Assembly: GCA_028826165.1 (NCBI GenBank)
Contig: JAPDFW010000070.1
Span: forward strand, 434,001-498,000
Direction: 5' to 3'
Source of the DNA: Anaeramoeba ignava BMAN
Lineage: Eukaryota; Protista; Anaeramoebae
DNA length: 64,000 bases
The notes under the pieces: generated by a model
Databases searched by the model: none
Told to the model about the DNA's origin: nothing
Seen by the model: only the letters and a program-made list of their open reading frames with translations
Part shown: piece by piece, positions 61,801-64,000 of the stretch
How positions within the stretch are numbered: the stretch's first letter is position 1
Layout of the letters: every line of letters begins with the position of its first letter
Made by a program: the position numbers and the translations under genes

Positions 61801-64000
61801 ACAATTTTACAAAGCAAATTTTACTTCCTCAAGCAAGCTCTCTTCTTGTCTCGTTTGCAAACAAAACCGCGCTTATATCCTTAATTCAAACACTTCACAT
61901 ATATAAAGACGCGCAATTCCAAAATGAAATTGCAAGATTTTCAGGGATTTTCAATGAAACATATTTATTCAAAGGAAATTGCATTTATTTCCAATTAGAA
62001 TATGAAGGCATGAGATTTCCCAAAGATGAACAACAAGAAAACAACGGGGTGCAGGGAGAAGATGTGAGAAGAGAAGATGCAGAAAAAGAAGATATGGAGG
62101 AGAGGGATTCTATATACGGCATAAATGCTCGAGTGAGTGGGGTTCGCAGTAGACTTCCAGACTCAGACGCACATCAACCCTGTATGGAGCATGTTCTTTC
62201 TCTTCTTCCTTGGATTCTTCGTATCTCGACAAAGCTTGTTGTCGGTTTGGATTTCCCTCTTCTGGATATTATTATATCTCTGCTGTCACTCCTTGAAAAA
62301 CCTAAACTGACAAAATTTGAACAAGTTGTTTTGATGGAATGCTTCATCGCATCAGCAAAGCTCGCCAGTATGGCCCAATACAGAAGACAAGCCCCATGGT
62401 TTCTTCAAGTAACTAAACGTCTCAGCATTTATATCCGTAAACTCGAGAAAAGAGCACGTGCTATTCTTGCAAATGATCTGCGAAGATCAAACTCAAATTG
62501 GGGAGCGCATTCACGATATTTCAAGAAAATCTGCGACTTCCTTCTTCAGATGCGTCTCAACAAAATGATCCATCTCGATCTTCCAAGAAGAAATCCTACG
62601 ACATTCCTGAGAGACACTGTATCTGGAGCACGCAAAGAAACGCGGCATTTGCAATCCAAGAAAAAAAAGACGCACAAAGTGTCACATTCAACACAATTTT
62701 CTTTCCAAAGCACGATCACGAACAGCAATCCAAAAGACAGTAAAACAGCTCGCACACGATCAAACATTCGCGACTGTTTCTTCTTCTTCTATCCACAAGA
62801 ACTAGGAAACACAAAAACAATATTCAAGTATTATTTCGAGTTTGTAAATGCAATGTCGGATTTCAAAAAATCACGGTTTTTCTCAGATTCCTTTGTCTCC
62901 ACTGCATTTATTCAATCGCAAACTCGACCTATTCTTTACAAGTTCACGAACCATCCAGAGTTCACAACTCAAATCAGTCATCCAAAGGCTGATCGGGTTT
63001 ATCTTCTCTTCGACTACATAAACAACACTTCCCAAAGAGTCTTCTTCGAGATTCGCAACTCCAAGACGCGGAAGGTGTTCACACAAAGATTTCCAAGAAC
63101 ACCTATAAAACTTGAACTTGATAACAACTTGATTTTCTTTTCGCAAGAGTTGATTCCTTCAAAATCATCGAATTTCAAGTTTTTCGTTATTCCACTCAAA
63201 TTCTTTGAAGAAAACAACACAAATGAGCAGGAAGGAATCCGCAAATTTCTGCAGAATTGTAAGCAAGAACTCTCGGAGATCTGGAGTGAGAAGCGCGATA
63301 AGGAACTAGTGTATCTTATCAATCAAACAATGACAGCAACAGGATGTTCGTTTCTGTTTGAAATCAATTCACAAAATATCAACCTTAAATTTGACCAGCT
63401 CACAGAGGAATTTACAAACATCCCGCTGGAGAAGAAGGGTCGTCGCTTTCTTCTTCTGCGATATTTCAACGAATGCGCACTCAAATTCATGTCTCTTATG
63501 GATTTCTCAAAAAACTATTTCTCTCATTCAATCGGCAATGCTGCTTTCGATCTTTTGGTAGAACTCAAAAAGTTCATTTTTTACAACACAAAGTTCATTC
63601 ATCTGGATGAGATTCTCTCGCGAACAGAATGCGCAACACCAGACAAAACACTCATCTCTTTTCCAGGATGTGACGATCCAAAAAAACGGTCGACATTCAA
63701 AAATTTCTTGTATACTTTGAAATCAATTCCAAATCACTTACTCAGAAGAAATAACAAAGATCTCTTTCTCATACAAACACCACAATCACCTGTGCCTGTT
63801 GAGCTGCAGGACTTTGTCGACTACATCTGCAAAGAGATATATTCGATGCGGCTGAGCTTATTCACAAACACACCAAATAGCCAGTATTTGAAGCATATAC
63901 GTTGCAAAGACCAAGTTATCCCAAATCCTTCTAAAAACAACAGAAAGCATCTTAAGCTTTTCAAGCTCTTTGGCAAACTCATTGGCATTCTGATCCGCAC
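52825..64000 (+). CDS. Giant HECT-type E3 ubiquitin ligase (HECTD4/HERC-like) with SPRY domain; runs off the window
   Basis: ORFs 52825-53706, 53690-56887 and an open frame from ~56883 to the end, joined by two +1 shifts. Motifs: FIYVQDLHSLLKIGNGNSGTKYGALY; ETSHPY and ETQHPL CUB-like modules; SPRY (YFEVKI...[35 protein letters not shown]...LYPII...NFG) at ~59230-59790; HECT N-lobe-like LSLFTNTPNS...VIPNPS...LKLFKLFGKLIGILIR at the end. Confidence 0.8.
58040..58925 (+). repeat. In-frame coding low-complexity tract, ~295 aa of (N-I/E/Q)n
   Basis: Frame is the same before (58023) and after (58923), and no stop was seen. Confidence 0.75.
60510..60642 (+). repeat. Coding 12-bp repeat (KENT/KENI)n in the E3 ligase
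   Basis: AAAGAAAATACT/ATT, about 11 copies. Confidence 0.85.

Noticed and set aside
45226-64000. Inteins or transposon domains in the large ORFs
   Set aside because: No Hint-type C...HN-C/S/T boundaries, LAGLIDADG, reverse transcriptase or transposase motifs were recognised by eye; an HMM search would be needed to exclude them fully.
1-64000. Alternative genetic code; tRNA/rRNA genes
   Set aside because: Conserved genes translate cleanly with the standard code and end in TAA or TGA, and no structured RNA gene was recognisable.

Overview
Extremely AT-rich eukaryotic (protist) genomic DNA with GT-AG spliceosomal introns, the standard genetic code, and introns/intergenic spacers filled with locus-specific tandem repeats. 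The style suggests an anaerobic metamonad such as Anaeramoeba, but that is inference only. About 22 protein genes were reconstructed by hand: an ankyrin-repeat gene, a PAS-domain protein, an Sds3-like protein, a calmodulin-like protein, G-alpha (apparently duplicated, probably an assembly artefact), the PP2A A scaffold subunit, a coiled-coil protein, a tandem array of eight claudin-like four-TM genes plus a ninth inverted copy, a RING/CCCH protein, a ricin-B lectin, a CH-RhoGEF-PH-ArfGAP-PH protein, a four-RRM protein, a UGGT homologue with degenerate catalytic motifs, and a giant SPRY/HECT E3 ligase running off the end. The standout observation is in the ankyrin gene (1-2160, minus strand). 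At five repeat junctions the two beta-hairpin residues are each encoded by a separate 3-nt (single-codon) microexon flanked by AG and GTA, giving ten single-codon exons in tandem pairs. Several single-base frameshifts look like homopolymer consensus errors.
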